This document shows, piece after piece, positions 1 through 7,842 of a DNA stretch of 34,814 bases. The notes under the pieces are model-generated. The model searched no databases, had not been told where the DNA came from, and was given only the letters and a program-made list of their open reading frames with translations. The DNA is from Blastocatellia bacterium (lineage in GTDB: Bacteria > Acidobacteriota > Blastocatellia > UBA7656 > JADIYM01): assembly GCA_044224215.1 (NCBI GenBank), contig JBGAKX010000038.1, forward strand, positions 1 through 34,814, written 5' to 3'. Numbering within the stretch: the stretch's first letter is position 1; every line of letters begins with the position of its first letter. A program made the translations under genes and the position numbers.

Positions 1-95
1 AGCCTCAACATCGTTTTGCATGCCTCGGTTACGAATCGACGCGGGCTTGTGCGCGCCGGTGGCACCGCGCCCCGTCGATATGGTCAAATGGCGCC

Positions 96-1367
96 ATGCA
101 CCCTTCACGCGGAACACTCGCGATTCTGGTGGGCGGAGGCCCCGCTCCCGGAATCAACGCCGTCATCGCCGCGACCGCAATCGAAGCCAACAACGAGGGA
201 TTCCACGTCCTCGGCGTCCAGGACGGGTTCAAATGGCTCGTTCGACGGGACACCAGTCACATCCGACCGCTCGGCATCGCGGACGTGTCGCGAATTCACC
301 TGTCAGGCGGCTCGTTTCTCGGAACGTCGCGCGAGAACCCGACGCGATCCGCGGACCGACTCGACGCCGTCGTCGAGACGCTCGTCGGACAGGGCGTCAC
401 ACACCTCGTGACGATCGGCGGCGACGACACGGCGCTGTCGTCGAGCGCCGTCGCGCGGCACTCCGACGGCAGGATCCGGGCGGCGCACGTTCCCAAGACC
501 ATCGACAACGATCTTCCCCTCCCCCCGCACATTCCGACGTTCGGCTTCCAGACCGCCCGCCACGTCGGCGTCGAACTGGTCCAGAACCTGATGGAAGACG
601 CGCGGTCCACGAACCGCTGGTACATCGTCGTGGCGATGGGCCGCAAGGCAGGCCATCTTGCGCTCGGCATCGGTAAGGCCGCCGGCGCCACGCTGACAAT
701 CATCGGCGAGGAGTTCCCGGGCGAGCACGTCCGGTTCAGCCAGATCTGCGACATCGTCGAAGGCTCGATCGTGAAACGACGTGCCGATGGACACAACCAC
801 GGCGTCGCCGTTCTCGCCGAGGGGCTCATCGAAAAGCTCGATCCCGTTGAGCTTGAAGGACTTCAGGACGTCGAGCGCGACGACCACGGCCACGTTCGGT
901 TCGCCGAGATCGACCTTGCTCGCCGTGTGAAGGTCGAACTTCAGGGCCGCCTCGCCGAGCGAGGCATCCGAATCCACGTCTCGAACAAGACGCTGGGCTA
1001 TGAACTTCGCTGCGCGCCGCCGATCCCTTTCGATGCCGAATACTGCCGCGACCTCGGATACGCCGCGGTCAGGTTTCTGCTCTCGGGCGGCAGCGGCGCG
1101 ATGGTCAGCATCCAGGGAGGCAAGCTCGTGCCGCTTTCGTTCGACGCGATCCGAGACAGCGAAACGGGAAAGACGCGCGTACGGCTCGTCGATACGACGA
1201 GCGCCGGGTACAAGGTGGCTCGCCGGTACATGATCCGGCTCGGCGCAGACGACTTCGAGCGACTCGACCGCGTTGAGCGCCTCGCGAACGCGGCAGGACT
1301 CACACCTGAAGCGTTCCGCTCGCGGTTCGAATACCTCGCTGCGGCGGAACAGGCGATCACGTCATGA
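96..1367 (+). CDS. pfp: 6-phosphofructokinase, PPi-dependent type (paralog 1)
   Basis: PFK-family motifs: N-terminal GGGPAPGINAV, GGDDT and PKTIDND (Asp at E. coli position 104 and Lys at 124 are the established PPi-PFK diagnostic residues), MGR motif. Stop TGA overlaps the ATG of the next paralog. Confidence 0.85.
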   Translation: MHPSRGTLAILVGGGPAPGINAVIAATAIEANNEGFHVLGVQDGFKWLVRRDTSHIRPLGIADVSRIHLSGGSFLGTSRENPTRSADRLDAVVETLVGQGVTHLVTIGGDDTALSSSAVARHSDGRIRAAHVPKTIDNDLPLPPHIPTFGFQTARHVGVELVQNLMEDARSTNRWYIVVAMGRKAGHLALGIGKAAGATLTIIGEEFPGEHVRFSQICDIVEGSIVKRRADGHNHGVAVLAEGLIEKLDPVELEGLQDVERDDHGHVRFAEIDLARRVKVELQGRLAERGIRIHVSNKTLGYELRCAPPIPFDAEYCRDLGYAAVRFLLSGGSGAMVSIQGGKLVPLSFDAIRDSETGKTRVRLVDTTSAGYKVARRYMIRLGADDFERLDRVERLANAAGLTPEAFRSRFEYLAAAEQAITS

Positions 1368-2614
1368 GAATCGAACGAATCGGAGTGCTCGTCGGCGGCG
1401 GCCCCGCTCCCGGCACGAACGGCGTCATCGCGGCCGTCGCGATCGAAGGCCTGAATCGTGGATGCACCGTCCTCGGCTTTCACGACGGATTCGAATGGCT
1501 CGCCCAGCACTTCACGGACGAACAGCATGCGCTGTCGATCCAGGAGGTGTCACGGATACACCTGCGAGGCGGGACCATCCTCGGCACGTCGCGTACCGAC
1601 GCCGCCAGGGACTCGCAGACGCTCGACAACACCATAGCCGCCCTCAACAAGCTGAAGGTCGAAGCGCTCGTCGTGATCGGCGGCGACGATGTCCTGCGCA
1701 GCGGCGCGGCGATCGAGAAGGCGTCCAACGGTGCCATACGCGTCGCGTTTGTCCCAAAGACGATCGACAACGACATCTGGCTCCCGCTGCCGATTCCGAC
1801 GCTCGGATACGAAACCGCGCGCCACGTCGGCGTCGGGATGATCCAGAACCTGATGGAGGACGCGAAAACGACCGGGCGCTGGTACCTGGCCGTCACGATG
1901 GGCCGGCCAACCGGACATCTCACGCTCGGGATCGGAAAGGCCGCAGGCGCAACGGTGACGATCATTCCGGAGGAGTTCGGCTCGCGGTTCGTCACGCTCG
2001 ACGACATCGCGGACATCGTCGAGGGATCGATCATCAAGCGGCGAGCGCTCGGGCGGGACTACGGCGTCGCCCTGCTCGCCGAATCGCTGCCGGAGCGCAT
2101 GCGCCACGAAGAGGTCGAGGAGCTCGAAGACGTCGACCGCGACGTGCAGGGCAACATCCGAGTGACCGAGATCGATCTGGGCCGCAAGGTCAAGAATGCC
2201 GTCAGCACGCGTCTCGAGGCACGCGCGATCAAGACCACGATCGTCGACAAGACGATCGGCTACGAACTGAGGTGCGCCGCGCCGATCCCGTTCGACGCGG
2301 AGTACGCGCGCGACCTCGGCTTTGCCGCAGTGAACTACCTGCTCGAAGGCGGTACCGGCGCGATCATCACGCTGCAAGGCGGCGAGTTCCATCCCGTGCC
2401 GTTCGACGAGGCGCTCGATGCCGGGCACGGGCGCGGGCGCCAGCGATTCGTCGACATCGACACGGAGAGCTACCGAGTCGCGCGCGACTACATGGTCAGG
2501 CTGGAACCGCGGGATTTCGAGGACGAAGGCTGGGTGAAGCAGCTTGCCGAGGCGGGCGGGCTTTCGCCCGAGGAGTTGCGCCGCAGGTTCTGCGCTGGGA
2601 CGCCGCTCGGCTAG
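1364..2614 (+). CDS. pfp: 6-phosphofructokinase, PPi-dependent type (paralog 2)
   Basis: Same motifs (GGGPAPGTNGV, GGDDV, PKTIDND, MGR). ATG at 1364 overlaps the upstream stop by 4 nt (ATGA), implying translational coupling. Confidence 0.85.
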   Translation: MRIERIGVLVGGGPAPGTNGVIAAVAIEGLNRGCTVLGFHDGFEWLAQHFTDEQHALSIQEVSRIHLRGGTILGTSRTDAARDSQTLDNTIAALNKLKVEALVVIGGDDVLRSGAAIEKASNGAIRVAFVPKTIDNDIWLPLPIPTLGYETARHVGVGMIQNLMEDAKTTGRWYLAVTMGRPTGHLTLGIGKAAGATVTIIPEEFGSRFVTLDDIADIVEGSIIKRRALGRDYGVALLAESLPERMRHEEVEELEDVDRDVQGNIRVTEIDLGRKVKNAVSTRLEARAIKTTIVDKTIGYELRCAAPIPFDAEYARDLGFAAVNYLLEGGTGAIITLQGGEFHPVPFDEALDAGHGRGRQRFVDIDTESYRVARDYMVRLEPRDFEDEGWVKQLAEAGGLSPEELRRRFCAGTPLG

Positions 2615-2645
2615 ACGGCCGGCGGCGTCCCTCGCGCGAACGCTG

Positions 2646-3071
2646 TTACACCTTTGGCGGCTGGGGCTTGGGAGCCTCGGGAGGCTTGGCGCCTCCGCCC
2701 ATGGCCTTGTTCGGCTCGTCGCCGACCTCGAGCACGCAGTCCCCGAACGAGACCTGCAGCTTGCCCTTGTCCGACGAAAGGTTTACTTCGAGCGACTTGG
2801 TGCGGATGACCGTGTTGTTGTTGACGCGGCCCGACAACTTGACGGTCTCGGCGTCGAACTCGCCCGCGATCTCGCCTTCGGAGAGGATCTCGCCGACGCG
2901 AACCTTGCCGTACACGCCGCCCGTCGTGCTCACCGTGAGCGACGGAGCGTGCACTTCGCCATCGATCTTGCCGCTGACGACGACCGGGCACTTCGAAACG
3001 AGTGAGCCTCGGAATTCCGTTCCTTCTTCAACGAGCGTCTTCTTTGCTTCTGCCATTTTCGGATCCGCCAT
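2646..3071 (-). CDS. bactofilin (DUF583 / CcmA-like polymer-forming cytoskeletal protein)
   Basis: 141 aa; central beta-helical bactofilin repeats (VSGKIDGEV.., VYGKVRVGEILSEGEIAGEF.., LSGRVNNNT..); Pro/Lys-rich C-terminal tail; RBS AAGGGGG upstream of ATG. Confidence 0.85.
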   Translation of the reverse strand: MADPKMAEAKKTLVEEGTEFRGSLVSKCPVVVSGKIDGEVHAPSLTVSTTGGVYGKVRVGEILSEGEIAGEFDAETVKLSGRVNNNTVIRTKSLEVNLSSDKGKLQVSFGDCVLEVGDEPNKAMGGGAKPPEAPKPQPPKV

Positions 3072-3095
3072 TTCTGACCCCCTTCTCCAGGTGCC

Positions 3096-4349
3096 TTATC
3101 GGTGATTGTTCGCGTGCAAGATCCGCATGCGAAGCTTGCAACCGGGCTCAAATGAAAAGTGCGTTGCGTTGGCCGGCTGCTGGACAACGCCAACGACCGA
3201 TCCATGCCTGCTGACGATCAGCTGCTTGGGTCCGCTGATGCCGGGGCTCGCGCCCTCAAAGAACTTGCCGTGGATCGTGATGTTCCCGCCGCCGGTCACC
3301 TGGCAGTCGACCAGCACGCCATCCTGACCGACAACGAGCTCGGCACCCTCGCCAAGAGCGATCGTGCACTGCTCGAACCGGCTTTCGATCTCGACGTACG
3401 CCGAAGCGCCAAACTCGAGGTTGGCATTCCGGAGCACGTCGCCCTTTCCAAAGTAACGCTTGATGGCGCCGTCCGGGGCGGCCGATGCAGCAGCGGCAGC
3501 GGCGGCCTTGCCCGACATCACGGCGATGATCTGGTCGCCCGTCGTACGGGCCGAGCCGTCGCCTTCGGCGCTCGCGTCCACCCAGTCCGCGACGATGCCG
3601 TCGAGCGGCGTATCGCCGGGAACGATGCCGAACACGCGTGCGCCGGTCAGCTTGGCTCCCTTCAGCTTGGCATTGCCGAGCGTCGCGCGCCGCAAGTCGG
3701 CTCCCGTCAGGTCGGCCTTGGTGAGGTCCGCGCCCGTCAGGTCGGCCTTGCTGAGATCGGCGCCGGCGAGCTTTGCCCCCGCGCCATAGATCCCCGCGAG
3801 AGACGCGTCGGCGAGCAGCGCGCCGCTCATGTCGGCTTCTTCGATATTCGCCTTGGAGAAGTTCGACCCCGTAAGATCAGCCTTTACAATCTTTGCGCCG
3901 CCGAGATAGCACTCGACGAGATCGGCGTTCGATATGACGGCCGTCGTCAGGTCGGCGCCGCCGAGATTTGCCGAGTCGAGTTGGGCGTAGGGCAGCCGGG
4001 CCCGGACAAGGCTCGCACCCTCGAGGCTTGCGCCTTCGAGGTTTGCACGGCTCAGACCGGCGCCAGACATGTTGGCCTTGTCGAGGTTGGCGCCTTCAAG
4101 ATCCGCCTTGTCGAGGTTGGCGTCCTGCAGATCGGCGGCAACAAGGTACGCCTCCCGCAAGCTCGAATTCGCCAGATTCGCTCCCTTCAACTTGGCGCCT
4201 TCGAGATTCGCCCCTTCCAGGTCGGTGCGCCTGAGGTTCGCGCCCTCGAGAGCGGCATTCGAAAGGTCGACGCCGCGCAGGTCAGCGCGCTCGAGGCTTT
4301 CGCCCTTCGTGATGCGCTCGAGGATCTCTTCGCGTGTGAAATCTGCCAT
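3096..4349 (-). CDS. pentapeptide-repeat protein with bactofilin-like C-terminal beta-helix domain
   Basis: About 45 consecutive A(D/N)LxG pentapeptide repeats over ~230 aa; the C-terminal ~130 aa is rich in bactofilin-like repeats (VLVDCQVTGGGNITIHGKFFEG). Strong AGGAGG RBS. Lies 24 bp upstream of the bactofilin gene on the same strand. Confidence 0.85.
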   Translation of the reverse strand: MADFTREEILERITKGESLERADLRGVDLSNAALEGANLRRTDLEGANLEGAKLKGANLANSSLREAYLVAADLQDANLDKADLEGANLDKANMSGAGLSRANLEGASLEGASLVRARLPYAQLDSANLGGADLTTAVISNADLVECYLGGAKIVKADLTGSNFSKANIEEADMSGALLADASLAGIYGAGAKLAGADLSKADLTGADLTKADLTGADLRRATLGNAKLKGAKLTGARVFGIVPGDTPLDGIVADWVDASAEGDGSARTTGDQIIAVMSGKAAAAAAASAAPDGAIKRYFGKGDVLRNANLEFGASAYVEIESRFEQCTIALGEGAELVVGQDGVLVDCQVTGGGNITIHGKFFEGASPGISGPKQLIVSRHGSVVGVVQQPANATHFSFEPGCKLRMRILHANNHR

Positions 4350-4397
4350 TGGAGTTGCTCTCCTCCTTGGAACTTGGGTCGCTTCTGTGGCGAATGC

Positions 4398-5798
4398 TTA
4401 CAGTGGGACGTCCCCCGATGGCGCCTCGGCGAGGAATGCGCCAAGACGGTCGAGTCGTCGTTCGAACGGGAGCTTCTCAATTTCGTGAATGAGTTCTACC
4501 TCGCCGAGCTGCGCGAGGACGACATTGATCTGCAGCAGCGTATCCTGTCGGGCCTGCCGGAGCCGCTTCTTCTCTTCCGCGGCATCCTCGGTCCAACCAT
4601 TCGACGCCCGCTCGTAGCCTTCCTGCTGCTGACGCAGATCGCCAATCAGCGTCGCGAGCTTTGCGCGCTCCGCAGTCCGGTTCGCATCAGGAGCGACCGA
4701 CTGCATCTCAGCGCGATACGACTGGAACTTGTCGACGATCTTTGCTCCCAGCCAGTCCGGAATGCCCGCCGTTGCGGCAAGGTCTTCGGGCTTGGCGAGG
4801 AAGAACACCTCGAGCGTCGTCAGGCCGGCGGCGTACAGCTTGTCGACCGTGACCTTGCGCACGTCGGGAATCTGCAACAGCAGCGAGTGGATGATGATCG
4901 ACTCGCGCTGGTCGCGCTCGGCGTCGAGCGTGAACGCCTGCGGCATCAGCTCGATGAGCTCGGAATACGTGTGGATGAGCTCTTCGCGAATTTCGCCCGT
5001 GATCAGACGGCCTTCGCTGCTGGCGGCGAGATCCAGGATCGCGTCAAAGTCCTCGACCGCACGATAGACGTCGGCGAGCTCCATCTTCTCGGCCGCGCGC
5101 TTGATCGACTGAACGGCCGGTTGCGAGATGTCGATCCACTCCTTGGCGGTGTCGCCACGGTTGATCTCGAGCATGAAGTTGCGGACTGCGCGAACGTAGT
5201 TCGCGGCGATGTCGGCAAACAGGTCGCGAATTGGCGTCTGGTCGACGACGACGCCGGGACCTGAGTCCGGCACCTGGCCGCCAGCGGGAGGGGCCGCGCC
5301 GCCGAGCACCGCGTCAAAGTTGGAATCGAAGTCGTCGAGCAGTTCGTCAAAGAAGCCGTCCGAAAGGTCGACACCTGCCGAGAGCGGCACCGTCGCGGCG
5401 AGGGCTCCCGGTCCCTGCGAGGCGTCGGTCGGCACGCTGCGAGCGGCCTCGACCTCGGGAAGCAGCGCGGCGGTTTCGTCGTCCTTCTTGATCGTGGGCG
5501 CAAGCGGGGGTTCGGGCACGCCGGGCATCGAGGGGACCGGGCGCGATCCAAACATCTGCGTGCCGCCCGCAACCGGTGGCTGCTCACGGAGTTCGGCTGG
5601 AACCTGATTCTGCGAAGTTGTGTACGATTCGGGTCCTGGAACGGGGGGCATCGCCGGCTTGGGCGCCAGGTTTGGCGGCGGCGGAGGTGGCGGAGGCGCC
5701 GGTCTCGGAATCTCCCGCTGTATCGGAGGCGGCGCTGGGCGAGGCGGCTCGGGAACTTCTTCCTTCTTTTTCTTGAAGAATCGCGAGAGAAAGCTCAT
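4398..5798 (-). CDS. hypothetical proline-rich protein with helix-hairpin-helix motif
   Basis: Start refined to MSFLSRFFKKKK (GAGGG RBS). N-terminal polyproline tracts (PPPPPPPP); central and C-terminal alpha-helical region with an HhH-like motif (AGIPDWLGAKIV). First gene of the bactofilin operon. Confidence 0.6.
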   Translation of the reverse strand: MSFLSRFFKKKKEEVPEPPRPAPPPIQREIPRPAPPPPPPPPNLAPKPAMPPVPGPESYTTSQNQVPAELREQPPVAGGTQMFGSRPVPSMPGVPEPPLAPTIKKDDETAALLPEVEAARSVPTDASQGPGALAATVPLSAGVDLSDGFFDELLDDFDSNFDAVLGGAAPPAGGQVPDSGPGVVVDQTPIRDLFADIAANYVRAVRNFMLEINRGDTAKEWIDISQPAVQSIKRAAEKMELADVYRAVEDFDAILDLAASSEGRLITGEIREELIHTYSELIELMPQAFTLDAERDQRESIIIHSLLLQIPDVRKVTVDKLYAAGLTTLEVFFLAKPEDLAATAGIPDWLGAKIVDKFQSYRAEMQSVAPDANRTAERAKLATLIGDLRQQQEGYERASNGWTEDAAEEKKRLRQARQDTLLQINVVLAQLGEVELIHEIEKLPFERRLDRLGAFLAEAPSGDVPL

Positions 5799-5867
5799 GA
5801 AATGCCCTCGATAAGTTCCATGGCCCGACGCCAACCGGCCTCGTCCACGTGATCGTTGCCCGTGCAG

Positions 5868-5893
5868 CGATCGCGGTTTCGAGACCGCGATCG
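5868..5893. promoter_or_regulatory. perfect 10-bp-stem hairpin (CGATCGCGGT-ttcgag-ACCGCGATCG) in 5' region of the proline-rich gene
   Basis: Read directly from the sequence; no adjacent T-run on either strand, so not a canonical intrinsic terminator. Confidence 0.4.
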
Positions 5894-6172
5894 TACCGGG
5901 AGGTGAAGGCCTTTCAGCCCCCAAACCCTTATCGGCACACTTCTCGATGAGTTTAGGCTCAAACGAAGATTCCCAACCCAAGGCAAGAGAAGCGAACCTA
6001 TTGCTGAATCACGCGATATCGAAGTTTTGGTCGCTTTAGCGGTTTGGAGGGCAAGAGTATCCACAAACGTATGGGGTGTCAATAGGACGGCTCAGAAAGC
6101 GCGCACCCGTGGGCAGAATGCCTCACATTCCGGCATCTGGACGCGCCAAATCGTCTGGCTGGAACGAATGGC

Positions 6173-7027
6173 TCACGGCGACCGGCGCACGAATTCGGCC
6201 ATCGCCGACCGCCAGTCGCGGAGCTCCGGAAGACCAAGTCGGCGCGACAAGACGCACGTCATGACCGAATACGGCGGACGGTGCGCGGGCAGGCCGAGCT
6301 CGACCGCAGTTACCGGGAGCACGGTCACGTCCGTCCGCCCTGCACAGTCGAGCGCGAACCGCGCAACGTCGAACCACGTCGCCGGTTCTCCACCTCCCGT
6401 GACGTGGTAGATCCCCGGCTCGCCGATCGCGACGAGTTGCAGCAGCCGCGCGGCGAGGTCCGGCGCGTACGTCGGGAGGCTGCGCATGTCTGTGATCCCC
6501 TTGAGCGTATTGGACTTGGCGGCGAATTCGAGGAGGCGGCTCGCAAAGTTCTTGCCGCCCGGGCCAAACACCCACGACGTCCGGGCGATGATCGCGTCTG
6601 GCGCCGCGGCTCGGACGGCCTGCTCGCCCTCGTACTTCGTCTGTCCATAGACGCTGAGCGGGTTCGGCTCGTCGAGGCACGTATACGGCGTCGTCTGGCG
6701 ACCGTCGAACACGAAATCCGTGCTCACATGGACGAACCGGATGCCGCGCGAGGCACACGCACTCGCTAGCACGCGGGGCCCGTCCACATTTGCCTGGCGC
6801 GCCGCATCGGGCTCGCGTTCGCACCGGTCGACGTCGGTCAAAGCGGCCGCGTTGATGACGGCGCAGGGCTTGAACCGGTCAAGCACTGCTACACCCGCTT
6901 CTGAGTCCGTGATGTCGAGATCGCCACGCCCGAGGGCGACGACGGGGCGTTCGGGTGACGACAGCGCGGCGAGAGAGCGCCCGAGCAATCCCTCTCCTCC
7001 GGTTACAAGAATCACGCCGTCGCGCAT
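6173..7027 (-). CDS. rmlD: dTDP-4-dehydrorhamnose reductase
   Basis: 284 aa; N-terminal Rossmann ILVTGGEGLLGR; conserved YGQTK (catalytic Tyr/Lys); overall RmlD/RfbD architecture. Confidence 0.85.
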   Translation of the reverse strand: MRDGVILVTGGEGLLGRSLAALSSPERPVVALGRGDLDITDSEAGVAVLDRFKPCAVINAAALTDVDRCEREPDAARQANVDGPRVLASACASRGIRFVHVSTDFVFDGRQTTPYTCLDEPNPLSVYGQTKYEGEQAVRAAAPDAIIARTSWVFGPGGKNFASRLLEFAAKSNTLKGITDMRSLPTYAPDLAARLLQLVAIGEPGIYHVTGGGEPATWFDVARFALDCAGRTDVTVLPVTAVELGLPAHRPPYSVMTCVLSRRLGLPELRDWRSAMAEFVRRSP

Positions 7028-7278
7028 CGCCGCAAACGAATATCACGATTTTCGAACACGGGGCGAGTGCGCGTCGTACAGGGTGCTGTTCTCGTTCTTT
7101 CTCTCTCTAGTGTAGGAGCCGAGACTCTGCGTGAGCAGAGTGCGGGGGACCCAATCGTTTGGGGTGAATTCCGCGACATCGCGGATAGAGCATCTTCCAG
7201 CTCGAACCCGACAGCTAACCTCGTAGGCTTTTGGAAGAGCCACCTGTCGACGGGCGACACAATCTTCGTTCGGATTGC

Positions 7279-7322
7279 GCCGCCGCGCGAGAGTCTTTGG
7301 CTCTTGCGCGGCGGCTTTTCTT
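7279..7322 (+). terminator. rho-independent terminator / attenuator-like structure in leader of the downstream operon
   Basis: 15-bp GC-rich stem (GCCGCCGCGCGAGAG / CTCTTGCGCGGCGGC, one G-U wobble) with loop TCTTTGG, immediately followed by TTTTCTT. Lies ~50 nt upstream of the 7369 start codon; no + strand gene is annotated upstream. Confidence 0.6.
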
Positions 7323-7368
7323 GTGTCGAACAGCCGCCGTCATCGACTCCTATCGGGAGACATGTGCC

Positions 7369-7806
7369 ATGTCAAACCACGTAGGAGTCCGAATTACCGT
7401 TCTCGAGCCCGCCGTCGCCGAAACCGCGACCGCGCGAACAGCGACGTGCCGATTCGCCGCCGAATCGACCCGCGAGCTGCCGCGCGCGCACGCGGGAACC
7501 GTGCGGGTTGGCGCGCTCGAAACGCTCCCCTCCGGCGCCCATCCGTGCCGGTTGCTCAAGCACTACGCCGTTGAGCGCGACGCGTACGACATCGCGGCCG
7601 ACCCCGGACGCGCGACGTACCGCGTCACGATCGACCTCAGTGACGAGAGCGTGGCACAGGGCGCCGTCTACCTGGCGCCGGGCTGCGGCGTGCGCCGCCC
7701 AAACGAGCCTGTCCAGGAAGTCTGCCGGCGGGTTGCCGGCGTGTTTGCCCGGTACTGTGAACAGTACCGGCCTCCGTCGATACGGATTGAACTGGGCGAT
7801 GCCTAG
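7369..7806 (+). CDS. hypothetical protein (145 aa)
   Basis: ATG preceded by GGGAGA RBS at -9; no recognisable domain; 36 bp upstream of the SPFH gene, probably co-transcribed. Confidence 0.45.
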   Translation: MSNHVGVRITVLEPAVAETATARTATCRFAAESTRELPRAHAGTVRVGALETLPSGAHPCRLLKHYAVERDAYDIAADPGRATYRVTIDLSDESVAQGAVYLAPGCGVRRPNEPVQEVCRRVAGVFARYCEQYRPPSIRIELGDA

Positions 7807-7842
7807 CGCTCGGGCGCTCGGTCGTCCGGTGGAGAAGTCACG

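Noticed and set aside
1273-3105. 610-aa Arg-rich + strand ORF overlapping the second PFK gene and the bactofilin gene
   Set aside because: It is an alternative frame of a high-GC region already occupied by well-supported genes; its composition (poly-Arg/His) is typical of out-of-frame GC-rich translation.
3159-5264. 701-aa + strand ORF antisense to the pentapeptide-repeat and proline-rich genes
   Set aside because: It lies antisense to two genes with strong RBSs and domain content; it has no domain signal and is a long-ORF artefact of high GC content.
6027-6824. Plus-strand 127-aa ORF and minus-strand 233-aa ORF overlapping rmlD
   Set aside because: These are out-of-frame overlaps of a well-supported rmlD reading frame.
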